This document shows positions 27,075 to 38,190 of a stretch of 64,000 nt of DNA, piece after piece. Under the pieces are notes generated by a model that was not told the DNA's origin, made no database searches, and saw only the letters and a program-made list of their open reading frames with translations. Source of the DNA: an uncultured Alphaproteobacteria bacterium (GTDB lineage: Bacteria > Pseudomonadota > Alphaproteobacteria > RF32 > CAG-239). The first letter of the stretch is position 1. The number at the start of each line of letters is the position of its first letter. Location: contig CALXWH010000001.1 of assembly GCA_944392315.1 (NCBI GenBank), positions 64,703 to 128,702 of the forward strand, written 5' to 3'. The position numbers and the translations under genes are program-made.

Positions 27075-30000
27075 ATGACTGATGCTTTTGATAGCATGGA
27101 TTTAAATACAGCTTATGAAATAGCTGGCGGATATATTGAGGCTGATGACAAAACTTTTGAGCAAGCTCTGAAAATGGTTCGCGAAGACGATGCCCGTTTT
27201 GCTCAAGAGCTTAAAAACGCTCATGAAGCTCAACGCCGCTTTGCCGAAAAACAAGAAAAAGAAGAAGCTATTACCGCTTCGGCAGAAGAAGCTCTTGAAA
27301 ATGCGTCTTTCATTAAAGCTGAATTTGATGACGAAAAATTCAAACAAGCTTTCTTTGACGATAAAGAAGTTAAAGAAGCTGAAAAGAATACGCCTGTTTA
27401 TGACATTAACCCTGAAACTCAAGAACGTTTTGAGCTTGAAGGTGATGAGAAGCATGCTCATTTTGAGATGTTGTTTGAAAAGGCTAAACTTGATGTTTGG
27501 CGTGAAGAAGCCGGTAATAAAGAATTTAGTCAGCTTGCGGCTAAGAAAAAGAAAAATCGTTTGTTCTCCGCTGTTAAAAGCTCTTTCTTAGGTACTTTGG
27601 CTCACTTGAGAACTTCTGCTCAAGTTGAAAATGAAGTTCCTCAAGCTGCAGAAGCTGTTAAATCTGATAATAAAAATTTCTTTGCAAGACAAGCAGCTTC
27701 CATGCTTGCGAAAGTTCAAAAGGCCATCAGCTTTGATAAAGAAGTTAGAATTTCATCAAGCTCCGTTATGGCAGCTTGTGCCGAATCGGAAGCTAAAACA
27801 AATTCTTTTGCTAAAAAATTTGCTGAATTAGCTAAGAAATCTTCCGGCAAAGCTAAAGAATGCTATTCTAAAGTATCTGTTTTAACTCACAAATTTAAAG
27901 AGTCTTTTGTTTCTAAAGCTAAAGTAGTTTGGGGACAACGTTATGAGTTTATGGCAAACATCCGTGACAGAGCTCCGAAAATTGCAACAGATTTGGCCGC
28001 TACCGGCGTTTTGGTTGGGGCTACCGTTGCTTCTGCTCCGTGGCTTGGTACCGCTGTTATTGCATATGGTGCTTATAAAGCGACTTCCGCTTGGGTTTGG
28101 CCGGTTGTTACACATGCAAGAAAAGCTCAACGCTTAGCTAAAAATGATGAAAAAGCTCCTAAAATGAGTTTCTTTAAGAGATTGAAACAATCTGCAAACC
28201 AAGTTGTTGGCACGAAAGACTATTACAAAGAAGCCGGATGGGGTTGCGCTGCCGGATTGCTTGGCTTAGGTGCTGCCGGTGCTACCGCCGGTCTTGGTGC
28301 TGGTGCTCTTGTTCAAAAAAGCTTTCAGTCTTTATCCAGCACAGCTGTTTATACAACTAACAGTATCACCAACGCCGTTAAAAAATTAAAAGAAAAAGAT
28401 GGCAATTGGTGGAGCAAAGGTCTGGCTGTTGCTTCGGCTGCTGTTATGACTTACGTTTTAGCATCCTGCGGTGATCACGCTGAAGATGTCGTCAGAACCA
28501 CTCAGGTTAACGGCGGCTTACCGAAACACGAACCAAATGTATTTACGCCTAAAGCCGCTAATGCAGTACAAGAGCAAGCAACACAGGTTGCTCAGGCGGC
28601 TCCTGTTCAAATCAGTGTTCCGGAAAACTGGGAAGCCAGCATGGGTATTACCGAGCAACAATGGACAAGATTACAAAGTTTCTGGGGTGGTGAAGCTCAA
28701 TATAATCACTTCTATCAAAAAATTACTGATGATATGCTTAAAGACGGTGGTATTTTTGCCGGAAAAACTCGTGAACAAGTTTTGTTTGAATATGAGCGTT
28801 TATCTTCTTGGAATTTACCTCAACATCAAGAGGTTATCAGACGTATGGATTCATTTTTCGGATGTGACGGTGATGAGCGCATCATGTTAACTACCGAAGA
28901 TACCAAATCTTTAAATGACGTTATGTCTAACGGTTCTATCCGAGATGTTAACGGTACTGAATGCGTTCGTGTTACTGGACGTGAAGTTAACTGCGGTGAA
29001 GAGGCTATCCGTCATGATGAAAAGATTGATTGCGGATGTGAAGAAAATGTTGTTGTTAATGAAACCGTTCAGCAACCTACTGTTAATGAACCTGATCAAG
29101 CGGCAAGTTCTGAACCTACTTTCACGGAAGTTGAGGGTGAGACACGTTATGTCGGTGTTCCTCGTTCTGAAGAGCAAGTTGTTGATCCTGCTGTTAAAGT
29201 TGTGAAAGCTAACAACCTTAAACCTGGAAAAATTATTGACGAAGCTGATGCCTCTACAGTTGCTCAAACTCAGGCGGACAATGTTGAAGTTGTTATCGGA
29301 AAAAGTAGTGCCGAAGCTGCCAGTGCAGATGCTCAAGGTGATGCCAGTGGTATTGTTATCACGGATGATATAGAATTTGAAGAAATTCCTGGTAATACAA
29401 TTTATGCTGATGACGCAGCCAGACAAGCTGCTCAACAAGTGTCTGCTGCTGGTGAAGAAATTTCATTTACAGAAGTTCCCGGACGTACAATTGAAGTTCA
29501 CTCAGGAGATTCTGTATCGCAAGAAGCAGTTGTTTCTACACATGCGGAAGGTGCTGATCCTGTTGCCTCTGCCGTAAATGGTGATGTTAAAGAAACTATT
29601 ATTCCAAATTCTGCGGATGTTGAAGTCGGAACTCCTGCCGCTGATAATGTTCCAGAACGTGGCGGATATATGAACACCGGTTTGACTGAAAAACAATATC
29701 ATCGCATGGAAACTTTCTTTAAGGATCAATTCGGAGAGAATGCTTTTGAAGATTATATGAATAGAATCACTGATGATATGCGTGCCAAAGGTGGTATGTT
29801 TGAAGGTTTAAGTAAGGCTCAGGCTTTATATTCCGTTCAGCAAATGACAGCTTGGTCTAATGATCAACATGGTGCTTTTGCTAAAGAAATCTCTACTATG
29901 ATTGAATATTTGAAAGGCGAATGTAAAGATACTGTTACCTTAACCGAATCTGAGCAAATCAAAGCTATTATTGATAAAGTGAACGAAAACGGTACTATTG

Positions 30001-30572
30001 ACGGCGTAACTGGTACAACCAATAAGATGGTTAAATATTTCCAAGCTAACGATTGTGACGAGGCCGGAACCTATAATGTTCAAGATGTGGCCGGAGATTC
30101 TCGTACAACGCAACCTTCCGGTAACAAATTTGCTCGTTTCTTTAAGAAAATTTGGAACACTTCTCCGGAACCAGTCTTTACAGAAGTTGAGGGCGAGACA
30201 CGTTATATACCTGTTGTTCATGTTCAGGAAGAAGTTGTTGATCCTCACGTTGTGGTTGTTAAGGCTAACAACTTGCAACCTGGCAAAGTTCTTGGTGAAA
30301 CAAGTGCTGATACCGTTAGTAACGTCAAAGCAGACAATGTTGAAGTTGTTATCGGAGAGGCTTCATCTACTCCTGCCAGTGAAACTGCTGTTGAAGCAGC
30401 AAAAGAGCGTGTTGCTGGCAAGGTTTCTAAAAAAGCTACCGAAACAGCCGCGGAAGTTCCTACCGATAGATTAACTAAAGAAGGTGAAGCTTATGTTCGT
30501 TCAAGAGGGCTTGATCCGAAAAAAGTTAATCCGGCTTTATATAAATATATTAACGAAGGACTAGGAAAATAG
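27075..30572 (+). CDS. Large hypothetical membrane protein (about 1166 aa): charged helical N-terminus, TM cluster, tandemly duplicated C-terminal module
   Basis: Single long ORF. GGAG lies 9 nt upstream of ATG 27075; the ORF track starts at TTG 27060. Gly/Ala-rich TM segments include ATGVLVGATVASAPWLGTAVIAYGAY, GWGCAAGLLGLGAAGATAGLGAGALV and GLAVASAAVMTYVLASC. Two copies of a roughly 350-aa unit follow (see findings). Confidence 0.75.
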   Translation: MTDAFDSMDLNTAYEIAGGYIEADDKTFEQALKMVREDDARFAQELKNAHEAQRRFAEKQEKEEAITASAEEALENASFIKAEFDDEKFKQAFFDDKEVKEAEKNTPVYDINPETQERFELEGDEKHAHFEMLFEKAKLDVWREEAGNKEFSQLAAKKKKNRLFSAVKSSFLGTLAHLRTSAQVENEVPQAAEAVKSDNKNFFARQAASMLAKVQKAISFDKEVRISSSSVMAACAESEAKTNSFAKKFAELAKKSSGKAKECYSKVSVLTHKFKESFVSKAKVVWGQRYEFMANIRDRAPKIATDLAATGVLVGATVASAPWLGTAVIAYGAYKATSAWVWPVVTHARKAQRLAKNDEKAPKMSFFKRLKQSANQVVGTKDYYKEAGWGCAAGLLGLGAAGATAGLGAGALVQKSFQSLSSTAVYTTNSITNAVKKLKEKDGNWWSKGLAVASAAVMTYVLASCGDHAEDVVRTTQVNGGLPKHEPNVFTPKAANAVQEQATQVAQAAPVQISVPENWEASMGITEQQWTRLQSFWGGEAQYNHFYQKITDDMLKDGGIFAGKTREQVLFEYERLSSWNLPQHQEVIRRMDSFFGCDGDERIMLTTEDTKSLNDVMSNGSIRDVNGTECVRVTGREVNCGEEAIRHDEKIDCGCEENVVVNETVQQPTVNEPDQAASSEPTFTEVEGETRYVGVPRSEEQVVDPAVKVVKANNLKPGKIIDEADASTVAQTQADNVEVVIGKSSAEAASADAQGDASGIVITDDIEFEEIPGNTIYADDAARQAAQQVSAAGEEISFTEVPGRTIEVHSGDSVSQEAVVSTHAEGADPVASAVNGDVKETIIPNSADVEVGTPAADNVPERGGYMNTGLTEKQYHRMETFFKDQFGENAFEDYMNRITDDMRAKGGMFEGLSKAQALYSVQQMTAWSNDQHGAFAKEISTMIEYLKGECKDTVTLTESEQIKAIIDKVNENGTIDGVTGTTNKMVKYFQANDCDEAGTYNVQDVAGDSRTTQPSGNKFARFFKKIWNTSPEPVFTEVEGETRYIPVVHVQEEVVDPHVVVVKANNLQPGKVLGETSADTVSNVKADNVEVVIGEASSTPASETAVEAAKERVAGKVSKKATETAAEVPTDRLTKEGEAYVRSRGLDPKKVNPALYKYINEGLGK

Positions 30573-30601
30573 CTAAATAGTTGATATTTTCTTCCTTTTA
30601 T

Positions 30602-30637
30602 ACTGAAAATGGTCTTTGTACCATTTTCAGTTTTTTT
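30602..30637 (+). terminator. Intrinsic terminator
   Basis: ACTGAAAATGGT / ACCATTTTCAGT 12-bp stem followed by T7. Confidence 0.8.
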
Positions 30638-30750
30638 ATGTCTTAAATTTTTGCTTAACCTATTCTTTTTATTTAAATCTTGGGGATAAGTTATGGGTAT
30701 AACCTTTTGGTTTTTAAAATTTTTCTTGAAAAATGCAGAATTGGTGTTAA

Positions 30751-31830
<1,080 letters not shown>

Positions 31831-31839
31831 GAATATTAC

Positions 31840-31910
31840 TTCCCGCCGTCGTTGAACTTTTATGTACTTTGTGGCACAAAAGTTTGTGATGGCGGGAATA
31901 TTTTTTATTT
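31840..31910 (+). terminator. Long imperfect stem-loop plus T-tract between gap and pgk (attenuating terminator or mRNA-processing element)
   Basis: TTCCCGCCGTC (31840..31850) pairs with GATGGCGGGAA (31888..31898), including one G-T pair. An inner hairpin TTGTG-G-CACAA lies within the loop. Followed by TATTTTTTATTTT. Confidence 0.4.
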
Positions 31911-31923
31911 TGAGGGATTTTAT

Positions 31924-33135
31924 ATGACTGAATATAGAACAATTAAAGATTTAGGCGATCTTAACGGTAAAGTCGTTATGTTAAGAGCTGACCTCAATGT
32001 TCCTATGGATGAAAATTTTCATGTTACAAACACGGCAAGAATTGACAGAACAGTTCCAACTATCAAGGCTTTGATGAACCAAGGTGCTAAAGTTGTGGTT
32101 ATTTCTCACTTTGGCAGACCTGAAGGCAAAGGCGATATGAAAAACTCTTTGTCTCACATTGTTAAAGATTTGGAAAAAGCTCTTGGCAAACACGTTGTTT
32201 TTGTTGATGACTGTATTGGCGAAAAAGTTGAAAATGCCGTTAAAAATATGACGCAAGATGAAATTTTGTTGCTTGAAAATCTTCGTTTCTATAATGAAGA
32301 AAAGAAGGGTGATGAAGCTTTTGCAAAAGAATTGGTTAAGCCTGCTGATGTTTATGTTTCTGACGCTTTCTCTACGGCTCACCGCGCTCACGCCTCTATG
32401 GTTGCAGCTGCGAAGTTATTGCCTTCTGCAATGGGCTTGTTGATGGAAGAAGAAGTTAATGCACTTTCTACCGGTTTGAATAATCCGGTTCGTCCACTTA
32501 TTGCTATTGTCGGCGGTTCTAAAGTTTCTACAAAGTTAGACTTGTTGAACAACTTGGTTAAAAAAGTTAATAAGCTCGTTATTTCCGGCGGTATGGCTCA
32601 TACATTTATGAAAGCAAGCGGAATTGATACTATCAATGAAGCTAACTCTTTGGTTCAAATGGATATGCTTGACACTGCAAAAGAAATTATGGCTACAGCT
32701 AAAGCAAACAACTGCGAGATTGTTTTACCGCAAGATGTTGTTGTTTCTAAAGAATTTAAGCCAATGGCTGAGCACAAAACAGTTGATTTGGCTAATATTC
32801 CGGCTGAAGGTTGGAGTTTGCTTGACGTTGGTGAAAAGACGATTGCCGCTATCAACGCTAAATTGGATGAATGCAAAACACTCGTTTGGAATGGTCCGCT
32901 CGGTGTTTTTGAAATGAAACCTTTTGATAACGCTACCAATAAAGTTGCCCAACATGCCGCTGAATTAACTCAGAGTGGCAAATTGACATCTGTTGCCGGT
33001 GGCGGTGATACCGTTTCTGCTCTTGAAAATGCAGGTGTTGCTAATAAATTTACTTACATTTCAACTGCCGGCGGTGCCTTTTTGGAATGGATGGAAGGTA
33101 AAGAACTTCCAGGTGTTGTTGTTATGAAGAAGTAA
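31924..33135 (+). CDS. pgk: Phosphoglycerate kinase
   Basis: LRADLNVP, ISHFGRP and AGGGDT; GAGGGA RBS upstream of ATG 31924; 403 aa. Confidence 0.95.
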   Translation: MTEYRTIKDLGDLNGKVVMLRADLNVPMDENFHVTNTARIDRTVPTIKALMNQGAKVVVISHFGRPEGKGDMKNSLSHIVKDLEKALGKHVVFVDDCIGEKVENAVKNMTQDEILLLENLRFYNEEKKGDEAFAKELVKPADVYVSDAFSTAHRAHASMVAAAKLLPSAMGLLMEEEVNALSTGLNNPVRPLIAIVGGSKVSTKLDLLNNLVKKVNKLVISGGMAHTFMKASGIDTINEANSLVQMDMLDTAKEIMATAKANNCEIVLPQDVVVSKEFKPMAEHKTVDLANIPAEGWSLLDVGEKTIAAINAKLDECKTLVWNGPLGVFEMKPFDNATNKVAQHAAELTQSGKLTSVAGGGDTVSALENAGVANKFTYISTAGGAFLEWMEGKELPGVVVMKK

Positions 33136-33159
33136 TTTAACACTTCATCTTTTGATTAT

Positions 33160-33189
33160 GGAGAGCGGATTAAATTCTGCTCTCTTTTT
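33160..33189 (+). terminator. Intrinsic terminator after pgk
   Basis: GAGAGCGGA / TCTGCTCTC stem (one G-T pair), 6-nt loop, then TTTTTT. Confidence 0.75.
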
Positions 33190-33356
33190 TGTTATCTAAG
33201 CTATCTCGCAATGTTTGGTTATATAACTTTTGAAATACTCCGAAACATTATTTTATACGAAAGGCATATTATTTTACTTGTTTTTTACTAATTTCTCTAT
33301 AGACTTTAGGCATAACACTTAGTGTTATATTCCGAAACTAGATAAAGGAGTTTATC

Positions 33357-34118
33357 ATGAACTACAGAACTATGTTATTAGCAACAGCTGCGGTACTTTT
33401 TAGTTCCCAAGCTATGGCTGCAGATATTACTAATCCTTTCTTTACACCTAATAAAGGACAGATTGTTTCTGATACCAATGTTGGTTATTATCGTACAAAA
33501 TACAAACACAACCAAGGTGTTGATGAAGGTTACTATGCTGCAGAAACATTAGAATATGGTATTACAGACAAGTTCAGCATTAACGGTACAATCGCTAACA
33601 TGTTTGATACTCAAGGCGAATATAATAATGACCACAACTTTGCATATCGTATCGGCGCAAAATATAACACTAACTGCGATAAAGTTTTGTTCCAAGTTGC
33701 CGCAAATTATACAACTCTTGAACCTCAATCTTGGATGGGAAGTGAATATACTAACCATTGGGCTAAAGCTTTAGACGCTGAAATCAAAATCGGTTATGAT
33801 ATGGGCAATGGTTTAACACCTTATGCTTCTTATGCTTTGGGCAGTGAAATTGATACCGGTGACCGTTATTTAATTCAATCTGTTAAGGTTGGTGCTCATA
33901 AATATTTCGGCAAATATGCTCTTGATTTAGCTGCTCGTTATGACTACGGCACCGATGGTAAAAATGTTAACCAATGGTGGGTAGAGGCTGCCGCTGATTA
34001 CTACATCAAAGAAAATATCGCTGTTGGTATTTATGGCGATTACTTCATTGATGGTACTGGTAGCCAAGATATTGACTATGACTACTCTGCAGGTGCTCAT
34101 TTGAAAGTTTTATTCTAA
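33357..34118 (+). CDS. Outer-membrane beta-barrel protein (small porin/OmpW-size, 253 aa)
   Basis: Signal peptide ending SQAMA-AD. Alternating aromatic and hydrophobic strands. C-terminal HLKVLF with terminal Phe. AAGGAG RBS. Confidence 0.75.
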   Translation: MNYRTMLLATAAVLFSSQAMAADITNPFFTPNKGQIVSDTNVGYYRTKYKHNQGVDEGYYAAETLEYGITDKFSINGTIANMFDTQGEYNNDHNFAYRIGAKYNTNCDKVLFQVAANYTTLEPQSWMGSEYTNHWAKALDAEIKIGYDMGNGLTPYASYALGSEIDTGDRYLIQSVKVGAHKYFGKYALDLAARYDYGTDGKNVNQWWVEAAADYYIKENIAVGIYGDYFIDGTGSQDIDYDYSAGAHLKVLF

Positions 34119-34138
34119 GGATATAACTTTTATTACGA

Positions 34139-34167
34139 AGAGGGTTCTTTTTAGAGCCCTCTTTTTT
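34139..34167 (+). terminator. Intrinsic terminator after the OMP gene
   Basis: AGAGGGTTCT / AGAGCCCTCT 10-bp stem (one G-T pair), TTTT loop, T-tract. Confidence 0.8.
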
Positions 34168-34291
34168 GACTTTATTGATGTTTCTTTTGGGCTTTTTTAA
34201 ATTTTCTTAATATTAACACCTTATACTGACACCATTGTAAAATATTTAGTTTTGCCGTATATAGTTTATATATTGCAAAAAGGAGAGAGAC

Positions 34292-35851
34292 ATGACAAGA
34301 AAAGCTATCATCATCGGGGCTGGTCCTGCTGGATTAACAACCGCATACGAAATGTTAACACGCTCGGATATTGAACCTGTTATTTTGGAAGAAAATGATT
34401 TTGTCGGCGGCATAAGCGCAACCCTTGATTATAAAAATAATAAAATTGATATGGGGGGACATCGCTTCTTTTCTAAATCTGACCGTGTGATGAATTGGTG
34501 GCTCAGTATTTTACCTCAACAAGGAAAACCCTCTATTGATGATATTATGCTTAACCGTGATGTTGAGCTTTCTCAACTGCCTGATGCGCCGGATCCTGAA
34601 AAGACCGACAGAGTTATGCTCAAAAGGCACAGATTGTCTCGTATTTTTTATCTTAAAACGTTCTTTAGCTATCCGGTCAGCTTAAACTTTGACACCATCA
34701 GAGGGCTTGGTTTGTGGCGGATGTTTAAGATTGGATGTTCTTATCTTAAGGTTCTTGTTTTTCCGATTAAAGAGGAGAAATCTTTAGAGGATTTTATGAT
34801 AAATCGTTTCGGACGGGAGCTTTATCTGACGTTCTTTAAGGATTATACAGAAAAATTATGGGGGATTGATTGTTCTAAAATTTCGGCCGAATGGGGAGCG
34901 CAGAGAATTAAAGGTATCTCTATCTTGAAAGTCTTAAAACAGATGTTCAAAGATTTGTTTGGCAAAAAGGGCGGTGCCGTTGAGACCAGTTTTATTGACA
35001 GCTTCTTTTATCCTAAATTTGGTCCGGGGCATTTGTGGCAATCGGTTGCCAAATTGGTTGAAGAAAAAGGCGGTAAGATTTTGCTTCGGCATAAAGTGGT
35101 ACGCATTGTCAAAAAAGGTGATAAAATTACTTCTGTTGAAGCGGTTGACGAACATGGTAAACTTAAAGTTTTTGAAGGAGACTTTTTCATCTCCACCATG
35201 CCGGTGAAAGATTTGGTAGAATCTATGACCGATGTTCCGGCGAAGGTTAAAAAAGTTGCCGGTGGATTGATGTATCGCGACTTCAGAACTGTCGGAATTT
35301 TGTTGAAAAAATTAAAACTAAAAAACACCACTCATTTTAAAACTGTCAGTGATATCGTTCCGGATACGTGGATTTATATTCAAGAGCGCGATGTGAAACT
35401 CGGACGCTTACAAATCTTTAATAACTGGAGCCCTTATCTGGTTAAAGATTTTGAAAATACGGTCTGGATTGGATTGGAATATTTTTGTAACGAACAAGAT
35501 AAAATCTGGACTGACGATGACGAGACCTTTATACAGTTTGCTATTGATGAAGCTGCGAGAATCGGCATCTTTGATAAAGAAGATGTGTTGGATGCTTATA
35601 CTCATCGTGTGAAAAAAGCATATCCGGCTTATTTTGGTTCTTATGACAGATTTGATGAAATTAAAACCTTTGTCAACGGCATAGACAATCTGTTCTTAGT
35701 CGGGCGCAACGGTATGCATCGTTATAATAACATGGACCACTCAACTCTGGCGGCAATGAAAACCGTAGATTTTATTTTGGGAGAGTGCCAATCTCGTGAA
35801 GAGATTTGGTCTATCAATACCGAATCGGATTATCATGAAGAGAAAAAGTAA
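34292..35851 (+). CDS. NAD(P)/FAD-dependent oxidoreductase (amine-oxidase / UDP-galactopyranose-mutase-like fold)
   Basis: N-terminal dinucleotide-binding motif [18 protein letters not shown]...LEENDFVGG; 519 aa. Confidence 0.7.
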   Translation: MTRKAIIIGAGPAGLTTAYEMLTRSDIEPVILEENDFVGGISATLDYKNNKIDMGGHRFFSKSDRVMNWWLSILPQQGKPSIDDIMLNRDVELSQLPDAPDPEKTDRVMLKRHRLSRIFYLKTFFSYPVSLNFDTIRGLGLWRMFKIGCSYLKVLVFPIKEEKSLEDFMINRFGRELYLTFFKDYTEKLWGIDCSKISAEWGAQRIKGISILKVLKQMFKDLFGKKGGAVETSFIDSFFYPKFGPGHLWQSVAKLVEEKGGKILLRHKVVRIVKKGDKITSVEAVDEHGKLKVFEGDFFISTMPVKDLVESMTDVPAKVKKVAGGLMYRDFRTVGILLKKLKLKNTTHFKTVSDIVPDTWIYIQERDVKLGRLQIFNNWSPYLVKDFENTVWIGLEYFCNEQDKIWTDDDETFIQFAIDEAARIGIFDKEDVLDAYTHRVKKAYPAYFGSYDRFDEIKTFVNGIDNLFLVGRNGMHRYNNMDHSTLAAMKTVDFILGECQSREEIWSINTESDYHEEKK

Positions 35852-37343
35852 CGTGTTTAAAGAGAAAATTTTATCACTTTACTCAGTTTGCAAAGGCAGG
35901 CTTGACAAAGAATTAGCTGATTTTGATGAAAATTCGGTTATTCGGATTTTTAAGATTTTTTCCGCCCTTGCTCTCTTGGTGGCAGTGTATGCTTTTGTCT
36001 TTTCCGGTTTTCAGATTGTTGATGAATTTGAACATTTGCATGCCTCGTGGTTGGTTAGTAGCGGAGAAGTTCCTTATCGGGATTTTTTTGAGCATCACAA
36101 CCCCCTGCTCTGGTATATCAGCGCGCCGATTGTCCGCTTATTTTATGATAATGCCCTTATTTTTTATGTTATGCGGGCGGTTAGTTTTGGAGTATCCGTT
36201 TTAACGCTCTTTTTCATCTATAAAACAGCCTTATATTTCACCTCCAAAATCGGGGCATGGTTTGCCGTCGCTTTAACCTTGGGCAACATCATTACTCTCT
36301 ATAATTTTAGCCAATTTCGCCCAGACAACTTTATGAATTGTTGTTTTATTATCGGGGTATATTACTTATTAGCTTATCTCAAACAAAAGCGGCTCAAACT
36401 GTTGATTTTTTCTTTCTTGGGTTTTACATTTTCTGCTTTGTTTTTGCAAAAGATATCGCTGCTTTTGATTGTGGTGGAAGTTATTTTGTTGGTGTTACTT
36501 TTTAGTAAAAAAATTTCTTTCCGACATATTACGGTTGCGGCCATACCTGCCCTTTTGATTGCGTTTGGTTTTCTGCTGCTTTTATATTTGAGTAATACAT
36601 TGCTGCAATATTTTGAGCTCAATTTACACTTTAACCAAGCGATGCTGGCTTATTTTGACAGAGGGGCGTTTTGGCTTGGTAATATTTTCTTTAGTTTCTA
36701 TGGGCTTATTTTGATTTTTGGCCTCTATATCTATCGCAAACAGAATCTTAATTTCAAAATTATTTTTTGGCTTTTTGCGGCAGAATTTTTAATGCGGAAT
36801 TTTTATTTTGCACCTCATCCAAATTATTATACTTTGTTGGTTATGCTTTCTGCTTTGGTCTTTGCGCCATGCGCTTCGCTTTTATTTCCTAAGCACAAAA
36901 TTATCAGTCTCTTTTTAATTATCCTTACCTTTTTGCACTTGGGCTTAGTTTTTAATACGATTGATGCTACATCTGCTAAACATAACAGTTATAAGCATTA
37001 TCTCTTGGCAGATTATGTGCATAAAAATTCTCAGCCTGATGACTATTTGATGAATGGCTATGATAAAAACTTTAATATATACCGCAAAGATGTCAGCTAT
37101 TATTGGTTTGGACTAGATATGTTGCTTCCTATTATGGAATTGGAATACAATATTTCACAAAAGCCGGATGTTAATCGTCTTATCATTCAGTATCGTCCTA
37201 AATTTATTTATGTGCAAAATTATCCTGATTTACGAGCTTATCGCTCTTATGGGGAAAGTCGGTATTCTCAAGTTTTTATTCCGGAACTCGTTTGGGAGCT
37301 CTATCAAAAAACACCTTTTGAGAATTTGGCGGTGCTAAAATAA
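35835..37343 (+). CDS. GT-C fold (ArnT/PMT-like) membrane glycosyltransferase
   Basis: At least 10 TM segments. First-loop acidic motif VDEFEHLH. The start at ATG 35835 overlaps the upstream stop by 17 nt. Confidence 0.6.
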   Translation: MKRKSNVFKEKILSLYSVCKGRLDKELADFDENSVIRIFKIFSALALLVAVYAFVFSGFQIVDEFEHLHASWLVSSGEVPYRDFFEHHNPLLWYISAPIVRLFYDNALIFYVMRAVSFGVSVLTLFFIYKTALYFTSKIGAWFAVALTLGNIITLYNFSQFRPDNFMNCCFIIGVYYLLAYLKQKRLKLLIFSFLGFTFSALFLQKISLLLIVVEVILLVLLFSKKISFRHITVAAIPALLIAFGFLLLLYLSNTLLQYFELNLHFNQAMLAYFDRGAFWLGNIFFSFYGLILIFGLYIYRKQNLNFKIIFWLFAAEFLMRNFYFAPHPNYYTLLVMLSALVFAPCASLLFPKHKIISLFLIILTFLHLGLVFNTIDATSAKHNSYKHYLLADYVHKNSQPDDYLMNGYDKNFNIYRKDVSYYWFGLDMLLPIMELEYNISQKPDVNRLIIQYRPKFIYVQNYPDLRAYRSYGESRYSQVFIPELVWELYQKTPFENLAVLK

Positions 37344-37401
37344 TTTAGCAAATTTTAAACCTTCCTTGCTAAAATATCGGATAGATTATTGAGGGATATT
37401 C

Positions 37402-38076
37402 ATGTTACGTATTTTTAAGTTTGTTCTACTTTCTTTTTGGCTTTCTTTTTCCTTGGCGTATGCTTCTGAAGTTGCCGTCAGCAGTCAAGATGCTCGTGCT
37501 TGGGCTAATTCTAAGGGACAAGAATTGATACAAGCATTGGCTGAAACCAATTTGGCCACTAAATATGCTAAGTTGGATACCATGCTCAATGAAGATGTTA
37601 ATCTTGATTATATTTCAAAATTTGTCATCGGTAAATATGCAAAAATTATGAATGAAAAGCAACTGAAACAATACACCAGTCTTTTCCATAGATATGCGCT
37701 TACGCTCTATAAACAATTTAATCTGAATTTTGATGCTACAGCTGTCCAATTTTCTATTGATAATGTTATTGAACACCAAAACTTCACAACTGTTAATTGT
37801 TCGGTTGATCCGAGTAAAGTTTTGGAAAATATACGCGGTATCAAAGTAGAATCTCAGATTATTCCTGTCAAATTCAAACTTATTCGTGGCACAAAGAATC
37901 GTATTCAGGCCGTTGATGTGGAAATTGCCGGCGTTAGCTTGGTCATAGAATACAGAAAGCGCTTTTATGAAATGATTAAAGAAGAAGGCGAAGATATTGA
38001 TTGGTTCTTGCAACGCTTTAATGATCAAGTTATCGCTAACGAAAATGTGGCTTATCGCAATTTGCTTGGTCAATGA
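37402..38076 (+). CDS. mlaC: Phospholipid-binding periplasmic protein MlaC (Ttg2D family)
   Basis: Signal peptide followed by DYISKFVIGKYAKIMNEKQLKQYTSLFHRYALTLYKQF, the typical MlaC core. Confidence 0.7.
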   Translation: MLRIFKFVLLSFWLSFSLAYASEVAVSSQDARAWANSKGQELIQALAETNLATKYAKLDTMLNEDVNLDYISKFVIGKYAKIMNEKQLKQYTSLFHRYALTLYKQFNLNFDATAVQFSIDNVIEHQNFTTVNCSVDPSKVLENIRGIKVESQIIPVKFKLIRGTKNRIQAVDVEIAGVSLVIEYRKRFYEMIKEEGEDIDWFLQRFNDQVIANENVAYRNLLGQ

Positions 38077-38190
38077 CGAAATTTTCTTATCGTTTGCTCA
38101 AAAATTTTAAAATAGCGTTGTATTTTTTTTTCAATATGCTAAATTGTGGTTAATTTGTTAAGGTGAAACTTTAAAATAAGGATTTTAGCT

